64,000 nt of DNA. Origin: Lytechinus pictus (lineage: Eukaryota). A program made the position numbers and the translations under genes. The stretch is taken from positions 19,718,001 to 19,782,000 of the forward strand of contig NC_087245.1 of the NCBI RefSeq assembly GCF_037042905.1, read 5' to 3'. Shown here in pieces: positions 1 to 13,582 of this stretch. Numbering within the stretch: position 1 is the first letter of the stretch; the number at the start of each line of letters is the position of its first letter. The notes beneath the pieces are model-generated. The model was not told the DNA's origin, did no database searches, and saw nothing but the letters and a program-made list of their open reading frames with translations.

Positions 1-331
1 AATTCTATATCTAGACATCCAGTGCATCCCAGGCCTGATCCAAGTTTAGCTTGAGGTATATACACCGTACTCATCAGTGTTAGCATTCCATCCAGTAGGC
101 AGACGTAGTTGGTATGCTAATTGAGTTGGGGTGTTATACAGAATATCAAGTAGCCAACAAAATCTTGGTCTATGGCTGTATATCATGGAATGTAATAAAA
201 ACTATCAAATCAAAATTGTACTATACATTGATATCAATAGGCAAAATGAAATAAATCAGCAAAATTCAACAATAAGTAAAGGTCAGCTTCAATAACTTTC
301 ATGCTGTCAATCAAATATTTAAAGCAATTAA

Positions 332-962
332 AGGGGAATGAAACTTTTGGAACAGATGGGCTTGTGTGGAAACAGAAAAATCAAAGAAAGTTTGAGAAAA
401 ATCAGACAAATTAGACAAACTTTTGTTGATCTGTTTCTTTGATTTTTCTGTTTTTGCTCAAGCTATCTTGATTATCATTATGAAATTATGAAATTGTTAT
501 GAGCATTTGAATATTGCAATCATTAATGCTATGCCTATTGGCAATGCGATAAAGATGTGTGATGTCACATATGAACAACTTTCCCTTTGATGGACTATGA
601 AATACCCCAAAAATGTTTCTTTTTGCGCTTTCTTAAATGGTAATACAAATTCATAATGTATTCTTTGAAAATCTGTTTTACATACCCTTCTATAGAAAGA
701 ATACATGATCTACTGATAGATGTGATAAAAGAGGAATTTTAAGTGAAACATATATATAAAAGTAATAGGAAAGTTGTTCACATGTAATATTACACATCTT
801 TGATGCATTGCCAATGGGAGGATCTACTTTACAAAAATGATCTAAATTTCAAATGCTCATAACTTTACTATTTATTCAAATTTCTCAAACTTTTGTTGAT
901 CTGTTTCTTTGATTTTTCTGTTTTTTGCTCAAGCTATCTTGTTTCAAAGTTTTCATTTTCCT
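332..962. mobile_element. Non-autonomous DNA transposon (Kolobok-like MITE)
   Basis: TTAA at 328-331, then AGGGGAATGAAAC...; the other end ...TTTCATTTTCCT is followed by TTAG. Long imperfect inverted arms (aacagaaaaatcaaagaaa / tttctttgatttttctgttt). Family assignment rests on termini only. Confidence 0.55.
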
Positions 963-1681
963 TTAGGTAAATAACATTTAAGGCTTTCTGCTTTATTACC
1001 TTCACAGACAATCAAAACTTCTCATTTACTAGTTCAAATATGAGTTTCATACAGTGAAATAATATAATGTTCCTCATTTCAATATTTCTTTTGTTTCTTT
1101 TTACTTGATGCAACCTGGGACAATTCAACTCCACTAATTCTCATAGATCATTATAGAACCCTTATGCTATAACAGTACCAGTTTAAAAACATGTCTTTTG
1201 TTTCAAGTTCTATTTTGATAAACATCCTCTGAAGAGGTATTTGTGTCAAATTAAAGTCAAAGGTTCATCAGTTAAACTGAACGGTGAGAATTGAATGTGA
1301 AGCTACTTATTTCTAAAACATTACTACAGAAATTAAAACAAGATTCGTGTTTATAAAATACAAAGTGTTTAACTTTTAATCCAGATAAAATTATACCCGT
1401 AAAAGGCTGTGATCAGCAGGTAACTCCTCAAAGGAGTTTTTCATTGGCTGAATGAACAGATTGTAAATGTATTGTAGTTTTGTAGGGATCAAAGCCGTCC
1501 CCCTTTTTTCTAAAAAAATATAATAAAAATACAATGGATTACATCTTGCCTACAGTTGAAATTACAACACACATTTTGATGTGAGCAGGTACAAGACATG
1601 GAATTGAAAATACTGCAATCATGCATTTAATTAGGAATGCAAGATTTCATTAATCACATTTATTTCTTATGATTATAATAC

Positions 1682-1739
1682 CTGGTAGCTTCATTCCAAG
1701 ACATTGTGATGTAGATCTGGACCAGCCGAACATGGCCAT
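1682..1739 (-). CDS. Possible alternative coding exon of the unidentified minus-strand gene (MAMFGWSRSTSQCLGMKLP-G)
   Basis: Open frame from an ATG at 1739 ends at a phase-1 donor (CAG|gtatt), the same phase as the 4663 donor. No recognisable homology. Confidence 0.25.
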
Positions 1740-4662
1740 TTCTCCTGTCCTATTCCCCTCAGGGAGGGATGCTGATAGCTGATAGATTTCTTAATTACTC
1801 CAATTCAGTTTAACGTTGTATTCATGGATTACATTGGATTACATTGACGGCAAATTGAGGTTTCTCCTATGCTTTCCCATCCTCAATGAAACGTTATTAA
1901 TTGATAGACGGAATATGGATCTGTGGTTTCAAAATATTTTATATCCACCTGAAGTTCCTATAGATCAAAGTTGCCATCTTTAATAGATTAATTGTGAAAA
2001 TATAAAAACAGGAAATTTAAATTTAAAAAAGAGAGGAATGGACAATTCAAGGGGAAAACTACGATCAGTAGATCCAACTGCATGTAATCAGGTGGTAAGG
2101 TATGTAAAAGCAATTATTTATGCCATTAATTTGTCACCAGCAGACCAACTCAGCAATGAATTGATTAGGACATCATCTCAAGGCGATGTCATCCATTAAA
2201 AAGTTATCATTTATCTTCTCTGGAATCCTCATAGAAGACTGGATCTAAAATGGACAGACACACCATGCGAAACCAAACCCATCAGCGTGAGATATCCCAC
2301 AGCCGCAATTACTTCAGAACGGGACAGATCTTGATTTCATCCAAGTCCAGAGTTCCTGGATAAAACAACAGGCACTGGTGCTAATCAACTGCTCATTTAA
2401 CCCCAGGGGGTCAAGTACAGAGGAGAAACAGTCACAAAGGTGGCAGCCGGACACCCATATCCAAGGACAAAACACACACTTTATTCCCAGAACGCCTGTC
2501 TTCCTATGACAGCAGGAGCTCCAAGAAACCAAGCACCAACAACTGCAATCAAAATGGAACTACAAGAAGATAGCACTGAAATGGAGACACAGTCTTGGAT
2601 AACAGCAGGCGGTCCAGACGATGATGATGATGATGAGCCCGTGGAGATGCTTCCTTGTGTAAGGTGATAAGATGCGGATGGATGATACGGGATGAGAGAC
2701 AGGGGGATGCAGACATGACAAGTATCATGTACATGTACAGTTCATGTAAACTATGTATAGTCTTACATCCAGTTCGTTTACATCTTCAGTTGATAGGAAA
2801 GGTCCAATCTCATTCCATCATTCCATCAAATATACAGACACTAATACTCATTTGGTATCCTTATATTTCTTTGCTCTCTCTCTTTCTTTCTCTTTGTAAT
2901 ATATATCGACCTCTCCATATTTGTTTCCTCCTCTCGACCTTGCATCCATCCTGTCTGTCAGTCTTAACACCCATCATACACCAACTCCAAAATATTCATT
3001 AGCATTGTCTGCATAATCAATTTAGCACTTCAACTTTCTGAACTCTGAAATAAATTCAAGCAATTTATTTCCTTATAATCATCTTTCATCGTTAGTATGT
3101 TTTTATTCTGCTATCCCTTATGACCTTATCTGGGAAGAGCAAAATAAAATAGCAATAATAAAAACAACAATATAACAATTATGAAAATAATGACGATGAT
3201 AATCAAGCTACTAGAAATATTTCTTGTGTACCTGGTCACTGGTACATATAATATGTTGTGAAATACGTGGGATATGTTTTGCAAGAGTAGAATGAGTAGA
3301 TAAGCAGAGTGAAAATAAATAACAGAAACTCTTTAAGCCTTGTTCATATGTAATAGCTCAGCAACATGTACTAGGTACATAAGTTCTGGTTCATTTTCTT
3401 TAAACAAAGAAAGTAAGGGTAATGGATAATGGTAAGATCTAAATTAAAGTTAGGTTCCACCAAATAATAAATTCACATATCAGCTCTTGTAAAATTTGTA
3501 GAAAGTTCATGACATTTCACTATTCAGTTGTTATACAACCAATTCTCCAAAGATGTTAGCAAAATATCAATAAATTATAATGGTCCACATCTTCCTGTAG
3601 CCAGTAGACAATATCATATTTCCTAATCAGGGACCTAAACATTTGTTTTTGATGCATCAATGTCTTGAGCATTAATACTGTATTAAAAAGATGCTGAGTT
3701 TTATTGTGCCATGTACGAACAAGGTTAAAGAGTTTTGTTTTCCTATGCATTATCTAATCATGATAGTCTTGTAAAGCACATCCCTGATATTTCACTTAGA
3801 ACATATAACTAAGAGATAGGACTATATATGTGTCTACTCTAGCATGGCTTTAGGTTTGTAGATTAGCACATTATAAGCACAAATACATTTCTGGCTATGG
3901 ACTTTATAAAAGGATGTTTCAAAAAAGTTATACAAAATTGTCTTTGATAATAAAAATTTGGTTACTCAATGTACCATGCTTGATGCAATTAAAATCAGCT
4001 AAAGTCTCCATTCAAACACGCTTGTTTTGAGTCATGTTTGCATACTTGCAAGGATCCACAACATGCCTAGTTTATAGGCCTGGACACGAACGCTTCTAAA
4101 TCTTGGAGAGTAGGAGATTACAAACAACTCCAAGAGTTAATGAATGACAGAGTTCACCTGATAACAACCACACCTAAACAAAATAATGCTCAAGAGTATG
4201 TGTAAAACTGGCTCTATGCAAATCAGCGAAGTAAATATAACATAAAATGAGCTTCCTTTTCATTTCTGCAATTCATATTTGAAAATTTAAATGACATTTA
4301 ATTTTTGTTACACTATTCAGTACATGGTAGTTGGTACAGAGAACCCATCCCTTGTGCAAAAATATTAATTGCAGGAGACAAATTAATTTTACATTCTTTG
4401 AAGAAAACATGAAAACGTTCAAATTTCATATAGTTTGGGTTTTTTACAGTAAAGGTGAGCTAATCATATCATACACTACTGATAATCCACTGTTTCATAT
4501 TCAATAACCTAGATCACTGTTGCATAAAAAATTGAAATGCATACATGTACCTTCAAAATTCAACTCGAATGATTTTGGAGCTTAACTTCATACGTTAGAT
4601 GACCTCAAACAGCAAGCGCTCCATTAAACAAATCTACACTTTACAATTTATCTTTAACTTAC

Positions 4663-4816
4663 CTTTAGTTAGGAATGACATGCTACTTCCAGGAGACAAT
4701 GAGCTAGCAAGAGTCAGAGAGTAGTCCAATGTGCCCGCCGATCCATTGGATGAAATGCCTGACATGGCACTGACGCTGGACAAGTAGCGGTCTCCACGAG
4801 ACCGGCGACTCGCCAT
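4663..4816 (-). CDS. First coding exon of an unidentified gene (MASRRSRGDRYLSSVSAMSGISSNGSAGTLDYSLTLASSLSPGSSMSFLTK)
   Basis: Strong acceptor tttctttctctacccttccag| (exon starts 4824), Kozak-like aacaagATGG, donor AAG|gtaagt after 4663 (phase 1). GC/CpG-rich relative to flanks. The gene presumably continues left of the window. Confidence 0.75.
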
Positions 4817-6629
4817 CTTGTTCTCTGGAAGGGTAGAGAAAGAAATGACAACCTAATGTAATATATTTTTAATGAAGCCAATTGCGAGACATTAATGATT
4901 CATCACTACCTTCAAATCTAATTGATTAAAGAAGCATGTTCACACACACAACAAAAGTTTTTACAGTGCATAAAGTCAGCATATTTAGAACATTGGGTGA
5001 AAATTTTCTACATTTTCCATTCAAATCATTCTTCTTTTTCTTTTCTAACAACTGCATATAAAGTTTCTTCTAAGATCAGATCTACTTTTAGACTCACACT
5101 TTTCAAGGTGTGAGAAATAAATATTTAGTAAAAGTTCTCTTAATGCTAAAAATGTATTTTACTTAAAATGTAAGGAAGACCAAAGAGTGTATTGATTCTC
5201 ACCTTTAATTGCAAGTATAAAATATGGCTATTACGTGTATGTACACTCAAATTGATTGGTACAGTATGAACACATCCACTACGGAAGCATGCATGGTACA
5301 TTCTTAGTGAATGAAGATAAATAATATGACAATCTTTCTTGTTTTCTTATCAGAATGTAGACAAGGTATTTGACAATTGGATTAACAAAATACCAGGATC
5401 AAATTTACAAATTAATCTGTCCTTCTACTGTGGGTTGGGCATAATGTCTAGGTCATTGGAAACTCAAGATGATTCTATGCTGGGCCTGGACTTCTGGGGC
5501 ATCTGGACAATGGTGTAATAACAGCTTCAATATCATGTACAATGTTAGATTATAGAATGTGTGTAGAAAATATAAGTGTACCTCACAATGACAAGACAAA
5601 TATCAGTCAATGTTTCTAATAATTTTATAAATGAGGTAAAAGAAAGAAAAATGCTGTGTTTTGGGGAGCAAAAAAAACCAATTCATTTTGATTTCCTACA
5701 TTATTTTCTTCTACATCCAACTGAATGTCCACTTGCAATCTTCTTTGTGACTTACAAAAAAAATAATTGTTCTCTTATTTCAAATAAATTGTGGTATACA
5801 TCTTCTCTTCCTCCTCCCCATCCCTCTTCACCTCCTCCTTCTTATTCTTCTCTTTCTACTTCTCCTTCTCCTACTCCTAAGGTCATATATATACCCACAT
5901 TGACTTTATTTCAAAATGTGCACAATTGTGAAATGTAAAGTAAAGTACGTTTTGTTAGCCTGGATGTGTCTATCAACGACGTTTTGCTGAATCAACTATT
6001 CAGATTTTGTTTAAATGCCTAACAATTTGGTATACACACTAATTTTAGAAAGGAAGTGGATAAGATGAACTGTATTACACTGTTAAACTAGTCAAATTAA
6101 AAGATAAAGGTAGCAGATAAGACTAACAAAATGAAAAGAGGGATGGGATCAAGACTCACGACTCAAGAGGTAATATTGAACACCAAGTTTGCCACTCCCC
6201 CCCCCCCCCAAAAAAAAAAAGGAGATAATAGTTGTAAAATTCATGTGTCTGATCAAGTTTCTAAAGAGCTGTTTTTTCTCTTGGTAAATGCTCTCACATT
6301 AGGATTCACAGTTCTATCAGCCATTCTTTCATTTCCAATTGACTCAACGCATGAGTGCCCTAGTTCAAAACACCATTGATCACCCTCAGCCAAACAAGCT
6401 TGATCTATATTATCAACACATCACTGCAAACTCTTGTAAGATAAAAATATATATATATATTTAGCCAGGACTAGACAGTAGCTCTAGACACATATATCAT
6501 GTTTATTGAAATATTTGTTTAATAAGCAAATCAATTACTTTGAACAAGCCATTCCAAAATAAGTAAATACAGATACCTAAGCCCGAACTCTGTCTTCGGG
6601 TGGGTTAAGCGGGTCCAGGCAGTACCTAC

Positions 6630-7000
6630 CTGTTGACTCAAAACTCTCAGCAGCTAGCGGGATACTTCTTCCAGATCATCTTTTCCGTCTTAACAGAGTC
6701 TCCTTTTATCCAATATTACAGTGAATGTGTCCTTGGTTCCTGCAGAATGTTCAAAATCAACTGGAACTTGTTGAAACTAAAATTATCCTTAGAAAAGTTG
6801 TGCCACTGATTACCACTTGATTCGTGTTCAATGCAATTGAAGCTCTGTCGCGACGTCCGAAATAAAGACTCGATCGATCGCACACCAAAGTACAACTCCT
6901 GCTGTGTGTGTATATTCTTGTGTACGCGATGTGTGTTCAAAAGACTGCTGTTTGTTTTGTGCTGAGAGGTGACTTGATGCTGCTGAACACATGTACATGG
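6630..7000 (-). other. Non-coding first exon (5' UTR) of the same gene; start approximate
   Basis: Donor CAG|gtaggt at 6630/6629 inside a CpG-rich island, upstream of the 4824 acceptor. Confidence 0.55.
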
Positions 7001-7019
7001 AGAGCTGTCAAAAGTTTTG

Positions 7020-7130
7020 GTGGAGTAATAGAGGGGCGTGGTTCCCGTGGTTCGTGGTATCGGAATTGGCGCGCCGCATGGTAATGGCTTCAATTGAGGT
7101 CGAATGACCGCCGTGATTTTGAAAATTGAT
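7020..7130 (-). promoter_or_regulatory. CpG-rich promoter with Sp/KLF-like and E2F-like motifs
   Basis: GGGGCGTGG at 7033-7041 and TTGGCGCGC at 7066-7074, directly upstream of the putative first exon. Confidence 0.45.
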
Positions 7131-7615
7131 TTTTTCTTTTAAATGTCCAATCTTTCCTCCCACAATCCTCTATCCCTGTAATATTATCATCATTATATTT
7201 TGCCTTTGCCGCATATAACTATTTTTGTAATATTGAACATTATTCTGTTTCTCATATACCGGGCTCATATAATGAATGATTTCATTAGATATTTGACGGT
7301 GCATTTTATCTCTCACTCTGTAAGTATTGGACACAGACTGAAGAACTTTGTATTTGAAAATAAAGTCGAACTATGAATTATTTTAAGAAAAAAATATTGC
7401 CTGATTTTCACAATATTTACATAATTGGCATAGTGAATCTCCTTCAGCATTGAGCAACTATTGTTCCTAAAGAAAATTACATGGCTATATAAACAACTTT
7501 GGCCCATGCACTCACTTCGCTTCTTTGTAAAGAGTATATTGAGAACGTCAGCATCCTCTTGTTTAGTTCTACTTCATTGACCAGAAGATTTTTGTAAGTG
7601 AAAAATAGTATTTAA

Positions 7616-8166
7616 AGGACAAGTCCACCCAAACAAAAAGTTGATAGAAAAATCCAACAAGAATAACGCTGAAAATTTCATCAAAATCGGATGTAAAATA
7701 AGAAAGTTATTACATTTTCAAGTTTCGCTTAATTTCACAAAACAGTTATATGCACATTTTGTTCGGTATGCAAATGAGGAGACTGATGACATTATCCACT
7801 CACTATTTCTTTTGTATTTTATTATATGAAATATTCTAATTTTCTTCTCATTGTCAAGTAAAACAATGGTTAATTGTTCCCTGAACATGTGGAACTAACA
7901 TTGCTTAATGTTATATGGTTTGGTCGAGTTGGTCCTTATTGTCATATCTGTAAAAAATGCAATATTTTATCATTCAAACAATAAAGAAATAGTGAGTGAG
8001 GGACATCATCGACTGTCCCATTTGCATGTCACTGAGTTGTACATATCACTATTTTGTGAAAAATAAGTGAAACTTAAAAATGTCATAACTTTCTTATTTT
8101 ACATTCGATTTTGATAACATTTTCAGCGTTATGCTATTTTGATTTTTCTCTATTTATTCTTGACCT
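7616..8166. mobile_element. Kolobok-like MITE
   Basis: TTAA|AGGACAAGTC... start and ...TTGACCT end. Inverted arms (aacgctgaaaatttcatcaaaatcggatgtaaaataagaaagttat / ataactttcttattttacattcgattttgataacattttcagcgtt). A related partial copy lies near 25460-25600. Confidence 0.55.
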
Positions 8167-8364
8167 TAAAGAAATAAGATTTATTACAATCATATTATTA
8201 TTATTATATTATCATAACAATTTCATTTATAGTGATTGTCCCAGTCATAAAATTTGGATCTTCTGTACTCAAGGTGTGAACTTTTTCCATTCCCTGTGAG
8301 CATTCTAGCAAGATTTTCAAAAAGGCAAATCTAGATATATTTTCTCATCAGAGTACAACCACAT

Positions 8365-8562
8365 GGAGAGGGCGATAGCTCTGTCGGTATATAGAGCGGG
8401 GGTCTTCGGATTCCGGTGACCTGGGTTCGATTCCCACTTGATGTGCTAGTGCCCTTTGGTAATATCCTCATTACCAGGTCCCTCGGAGAGGACCTTAAGC
8501 CGTCGGTCCTCTGGTTGCTTGCTTACAAGCATCCATGCTTTCTTAGCAATCAGGTAAAAAAA
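8365..8562 (+). mobile_element. tRNA-derived SINE (family A)
   Basis: A-box-like GATAGCTCTGTCGGT, B box GGGTTCGATTCCC, A-rich end. Closely similar inverted copy at 22376-22576. Confidence 0.85.
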
Positions 8563-9712
8563 ATCATTACCGTTCACAATACATAAAATAATATAATTAT
8601 TACTAATCCATATAAAATCATACCTTAAAATGCAAGAGTGATAAACGTTTGTGTCCATGCTGTCATCGTCGCATTACTAGCATTTTTTTTTTGTTAATGG
8701 CAGGGGCTTATCGATATCATTATGCACATTTCGAGAATTAACATTATAATCGTTCCATTCAATATAAGCACTGTCTCATATTATTATTTAATGTAAAATC
8801 GGACATTTTGATAAGGTGAGAAAGGTAAAAATAAATGCAACTAAATATGGTTTGACTCCTCGTCTATTTTTGCAGAATGAGACCACTTATCAATAACTAC
8901 AATACTTCAGCAAACACATGATCTTCAAAGTTTAATCATTATTCGTGAAGGTTGTAGGTTATAATATCTGAGACTGACACAAAAAATATGCACGCACACA
9001 CACCCATGCATAACAGAAAGAAAGACATGAAGAGCAGAAAAGAAACTTGATAAAAGAAAAAGTTGAAATAAAAGATGAAATAAGGAGAGAAGATAAAGGA
9101 CACATCAAAAAGAGAGAGAAGGGATAAAAAAATAATACAAAAATATAAAAGATAAGAAGGTAGAAAGAAAGCTTTATTAGCATGATTGGCGGACAAACTC
9201 TATTATTTTGTCTTAAGACTTTCCAACAAAGTCTACTACACTACGAACAAATATAAGAATAGAGAGAGGCAGAGGCGGATCCAGAATTTCAGGAAGGGAT
9301 GGAGTTGAAGTTCCATTTTTGACAAGCAAGCAAAAACTTTCTTGTTTACCCCAAAATAACAGCAACATTGAGCACCATTTTACCCCCTATCCCAATATAC
9401 GCAGCATAGGCCTACATGTCGCGTTGTCACAATGAGACTGAAAAGACCTAACCCAATGGCGCCATCTCCGGCTACTGGCACGGAAAGAAGGAAGAATATT
9501 AAACAGAAGAAGAAGAGCGATACTAGTACATCAAATTGTTCGTCTTGTATACTGAACAAATAAGTGTGCATACCCGCGACCTTTCGTTAAAAAAGTTATG
9601 ACTGGAAAGGTCAAAGGGTCAACAAACTTTAATTTGAAGGCATAAATACACTAAAAGTGTTGAGAAAAATGATTTTTTTTTTCTTTTCATAGTCTATGCA
9701 TTTTTATATTTA

Positions 9713-9960
9713 CACTGCAAGAATTCCGGTGTTGATTTAACACCAGCCCGGAATCTATTATTATGTCCACACCAGAGAAGTATTGAAACAACACCAGTTT
9801 GGAATCAAACCAATGCAGTTTTAATACTAATTGGTGTTGTATAAACACCTTTCTGGTGTTAGACCAAAACGAAACTGGTGTTGAGTGTTTAACACTTCTC
9901 TGGTGTGGACATGTATAGATTCCGGGCTGGTGTTAAATCAACACCGGAGTTTTTGCAGTG
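9713..9960. mobile_element. CMC/EnSpm-like MITE
   Basis: CACTGCAA...TTGCAGTG termini, long near-perfect TIRs (ccggtgttgatttaacaccagcccggaatctat), 2-bp TA TSD. Confidence 0.8.
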
Positions 9961-11821
9961 TAGGAATGCCTTATTTAATTGATAAACGGGTAAGAAAAGT
10001 CTAATTTCGGTCATGATATCATTACGGGATCAAAAATAAACACAAATTTTGTGAATTCTTTTCAATTATTTTTATTTCTCATGCACTCGTTTGTGTCTAA
10101 CTTGATATGTCCAGGCAGAATTAGTCTTAATAAAAACTTAACACTTTGATTTCTTCTCTTCACTTTCATGCATTTGGCGACTGGTGAAATGGCTGCCAAA
10201 ATTGACCCAAAATCCTTTTAAAACACTTAATACCCACTATAAAATCATAATAAATGAGCATATCGAAAACTTGTATGCAGTGTACCGGACATGTAAAGAC
10301 ATAGCAGACGACGTTTGCAGACCTCGCGATCACCGTATGACTAGCGGTGCGGAATGTTCCATTGCGGCTTTATGGGGGAAATAGCATTACAGAGGGATAA
10401 AATGTATACACAGATAATGTTTCAGCGTTGATTCGCAATATTTTGAGTCAATTTTCATGAATTATCGTTGTTTGAACATTTAAACATTATAAAATGAAAG
10501 AAATAAGCAAAACTTAATTTTCAGACTTAGCTATGCAGTGGTAAGCTAGGATGCACCCCTCGTATACATAATGGACCCGTCACGAGTGTAGGTTTGCTCT
10601 TCGGACATCACTATCACAAAGAAAATCTCCTCTGATTTGATGATAAAAGTGCCCTATTTCCTTATTAACCAATCTCCATGGTTCTTTCATGAGTATCTGC
10701 CTTACAATGTGCCCTTTATTGTAATCTGGGCGGAAATTCATGATACCACCACCCACCGATGTGACGACATATATAATCCACCCGGGTACTATAAAAATGT
10801 CCCCCAAACCCATTATCCCAATACATATTCCTGACTATGGATGGTTTTGAGTGATTTCAATGTAATAAAGTGCCATATTTCCCACCAATTGAATGTAAAA
10901 AAAAATATGGTCATCTGATAGAAGAAGTTGTTACCATTCATTTCAGGGGGGCGGAAATTCTATCTGAATCAACGCTTGTCCTTGATACACATTTGTTTGT
11001 GAAAAAAGGGTATAATGCAAGGGAATTCTGCGTGTTATAAGGGTGCGCGCGCGCAGCGAGGACCTTCTGTCCGCTAGTTTTCCATATGGAAGAAATGAAC
11101 ATACTCATCAATAAATTGCATAGGTGAAATAATCACCTATACATAACGAGTCTTATAAGCTTTGGCGCGGTTTAACGAAGTGACCGCCTTTGATATAAGT
11201 TGGTTTTTTTATTGTCACATTTTAAGTTTCAGTGTAAGTCTCTGAGTTTCCTTGATTTTGCCACGGAGTGATCGCTTTATTTAATTTCTTTCTTTAATTT
11301 CTTTATTTTGAATTTGAAAAGGAAACTTCTACGGTATACAATAAAAAATATAATTCAGGTAACGGTCATAAATTAAAACACTTGTCAAATCTGTCATTAT
11401 AAATATTTTCAAGTAACGCATTCTGATAAAGAATAGGGAAGGTTTCAGACTGGCTAACAAGTTGTACATGTACATGCTCCTCTTGTGGACAATGGTAACA
11501 ACCTCTTTTAACATATTTCTTCTAAATTTGATTTATCAAATTTTAAAGCTAGTTTGAAACCAAGTAATGTTGTATCATGTTATATTGCTACTTTTTTTTT
11601 TCGAGCAGATCGAATTAAATGTACGCTGATGACTTCTAGTATGCTGATCAGGATGCTGATGCAGATGACTACGAGATTCTCAATTAATTATTACGTGGCG
11701 TAACTACAGGGGGGGGGGGGCGGCACGTGAAGATCGAGGTTTTGGCTGGTGTATTTTTGGTAGGGGTAGCGAAATTTAGCAGGGAAACGGTAATACCCCT
11801 GATAGCAGAAACTGGTAAAAA

Positions 11822-12390
11822 TGACGTCATAATTACGTCAGTTTAACGACGAGTGTCACGTCATTTTGACGTCATAACATGACGTCTTATTGACGGGATC
11901 TTGCACCCGCGAATAACGTCATTATGACGTCGTATATTGACGTCATTATGACGTCTCCAAGAGTGACTACGACGTCTTAATGACGTCTTGGCAACATTTT
12001 TACAACGTTTTCCTGACCAGTATCAAGGGTCAGATTGACGTCGTGTATTGACGTGATTATGACGTCTTTGAGAGTCAACAACGACGTCTTAATGACATCC
12101 GTGCAACGTGTTCCTGACCGGTTTTAGACGTCATATTGATGTAATTATGACGTCTTTAAAAGTCATCTACGACGTCTTAATGACAACTTTGCGACATATT
12201 CCTGACCAGTTTCAGACGTCATATTGATGTAATTATGACGTCTTTATAAGTCAACTACGACGTCTGAATGACGACTTTGCAACATATTGCTGACTAGTAA
12301 TAGACGTCATATTGACGTCGCATATTGAAATGAATATGACGTCTTTTGGAGTCAACTATGATATCTTAACGTATTCTGACGTGATAATGA
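11822..12390. repeat. Left subterminal tandem array (~88-bp unit) rich in GACGTC/TGACGTCA
   Basis: The motif gacgtcatattga recurs at 12127, 12215 and 12303. Confidence 0.85.
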
Positions 12391-13165
12391 CCTAAACATT
12401 AAATTCTACATGCAATGTACATACACACATCACTTCAAAGACCTTGTCATTGAGGATTATCTATATTTGGTGAATACTGAGGTGGTCTGACAATGTCCAG
12501 CATTCCCAGTAACAATATAATGATCCTCCATGCCAAGGCCTTGCATAACTTGTCTCGGTCTCAAGAACATGACCCCCCCCCCCCCGAAAAAGAATATATA
12601 CAAAAATGGAAAACGAAATCAAATACATGTACGCATTTCAATTACGAAATCGTGGCAAATATTCTATTAATAAATAAAAGTTGCATAACATATTACCAGC
12701 AAAAAACTCTAAATAGATTGAAAAAAAAAACACTTTTCTATGAAAATGCAGTATTAGGGTCAAAGGAATGAAATTACAATGTTTGTTATACCAATACATA
12801 CAATTGTACATGTATAAATACACATTAATACATAACAGAGGCATAATGATCTCCAAGAATAAAGCTTTTTCGTTGAAATTGTAATTAAATATACCTTCAA
12901 CTTTAGACAACTATGTAATGTAGGTAAAAATATACTGTATGTAAAAAAAAAATACCCGAGTTGGAATAGTTTCAGGATTTATGGAAGCTCGCATTTGGGT
13001 GAAAGAATCATACATGTACATTAATTCTTATGAAATGTTTGGGTTGTATTACACTATCACTTAGGGCCAGGGGTAAAAGACAGTAGTTGCAGCAAACAAT
13101 TATTTCTTCGGAAAGTCTTTTAAATTAAGGTTAATTGTCAAAATATTGTACATAATCTAGATCTG

Positions 13166-13310
13166 GGACCCGTTGCAGAAAGAGTTGCAATCAATCGCAA
13201 CTCTAAAAATCATGCGCAACTTGATTTTCAACCAATCAACAGCGCGCATTTGGGACTTGCGATTGATTTTTTGACTTGCGTTTAAGCGCAACTCTTTCTG
13301 CAACGGACCC
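13166..13310. mobile_element. PIF/Harbinger-like MITE 1
   Basis: TIRs ggacccgttgcagaaagagttgc / gcaactctttctgcaacggaccc; CTG TSD. Confidence 0.8.
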
Positions 13311-13313
13311 CTG

Positions 13314-13582
13314 GGCCCTGTCTTACAAAGAGTTACGATTGATCCGATCAATCATAACTCTATGGAAATCCATCAGTGTCATAATTTTTTTCTACGAAAA
13401 ATTTGCACAATGTCCTTTGTATGCAAAGAGAAACGCAGCGAATTTTTGAGAAAACAATGAATGCATGAACATACATCATAGCTAGAAAATATTTTGAACA
13501 AACATGCTTAATAGATGTTAACGTTGCTGACCGTCCATAGTTGCGATTGATCGGATCAATCATAACTCTTAAAGACGGGGCC
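13314..13582. mobile_element. PIF/Harbinger-like MITE 2
   Basis: TIRs ggccctgtcttacaaagagttacgattgatccgatcaatc / gattgatcggatcaatcataactcttaaagacggggcc; CTG TSD. Confidence 0.8.

Noticed and set aside
2440..2667. 75-aa ORF with a poly-Asp run
   Set aside because: GTG start, a (GAT)n microsatellite, antisense to the host gene and no homology.
8365..8445. Possible tRNA genes (also 22500-22576 and 41628-41705)
   Set aside because: Each continues into a SINE body and tail and lacks a proper acceptor stem.
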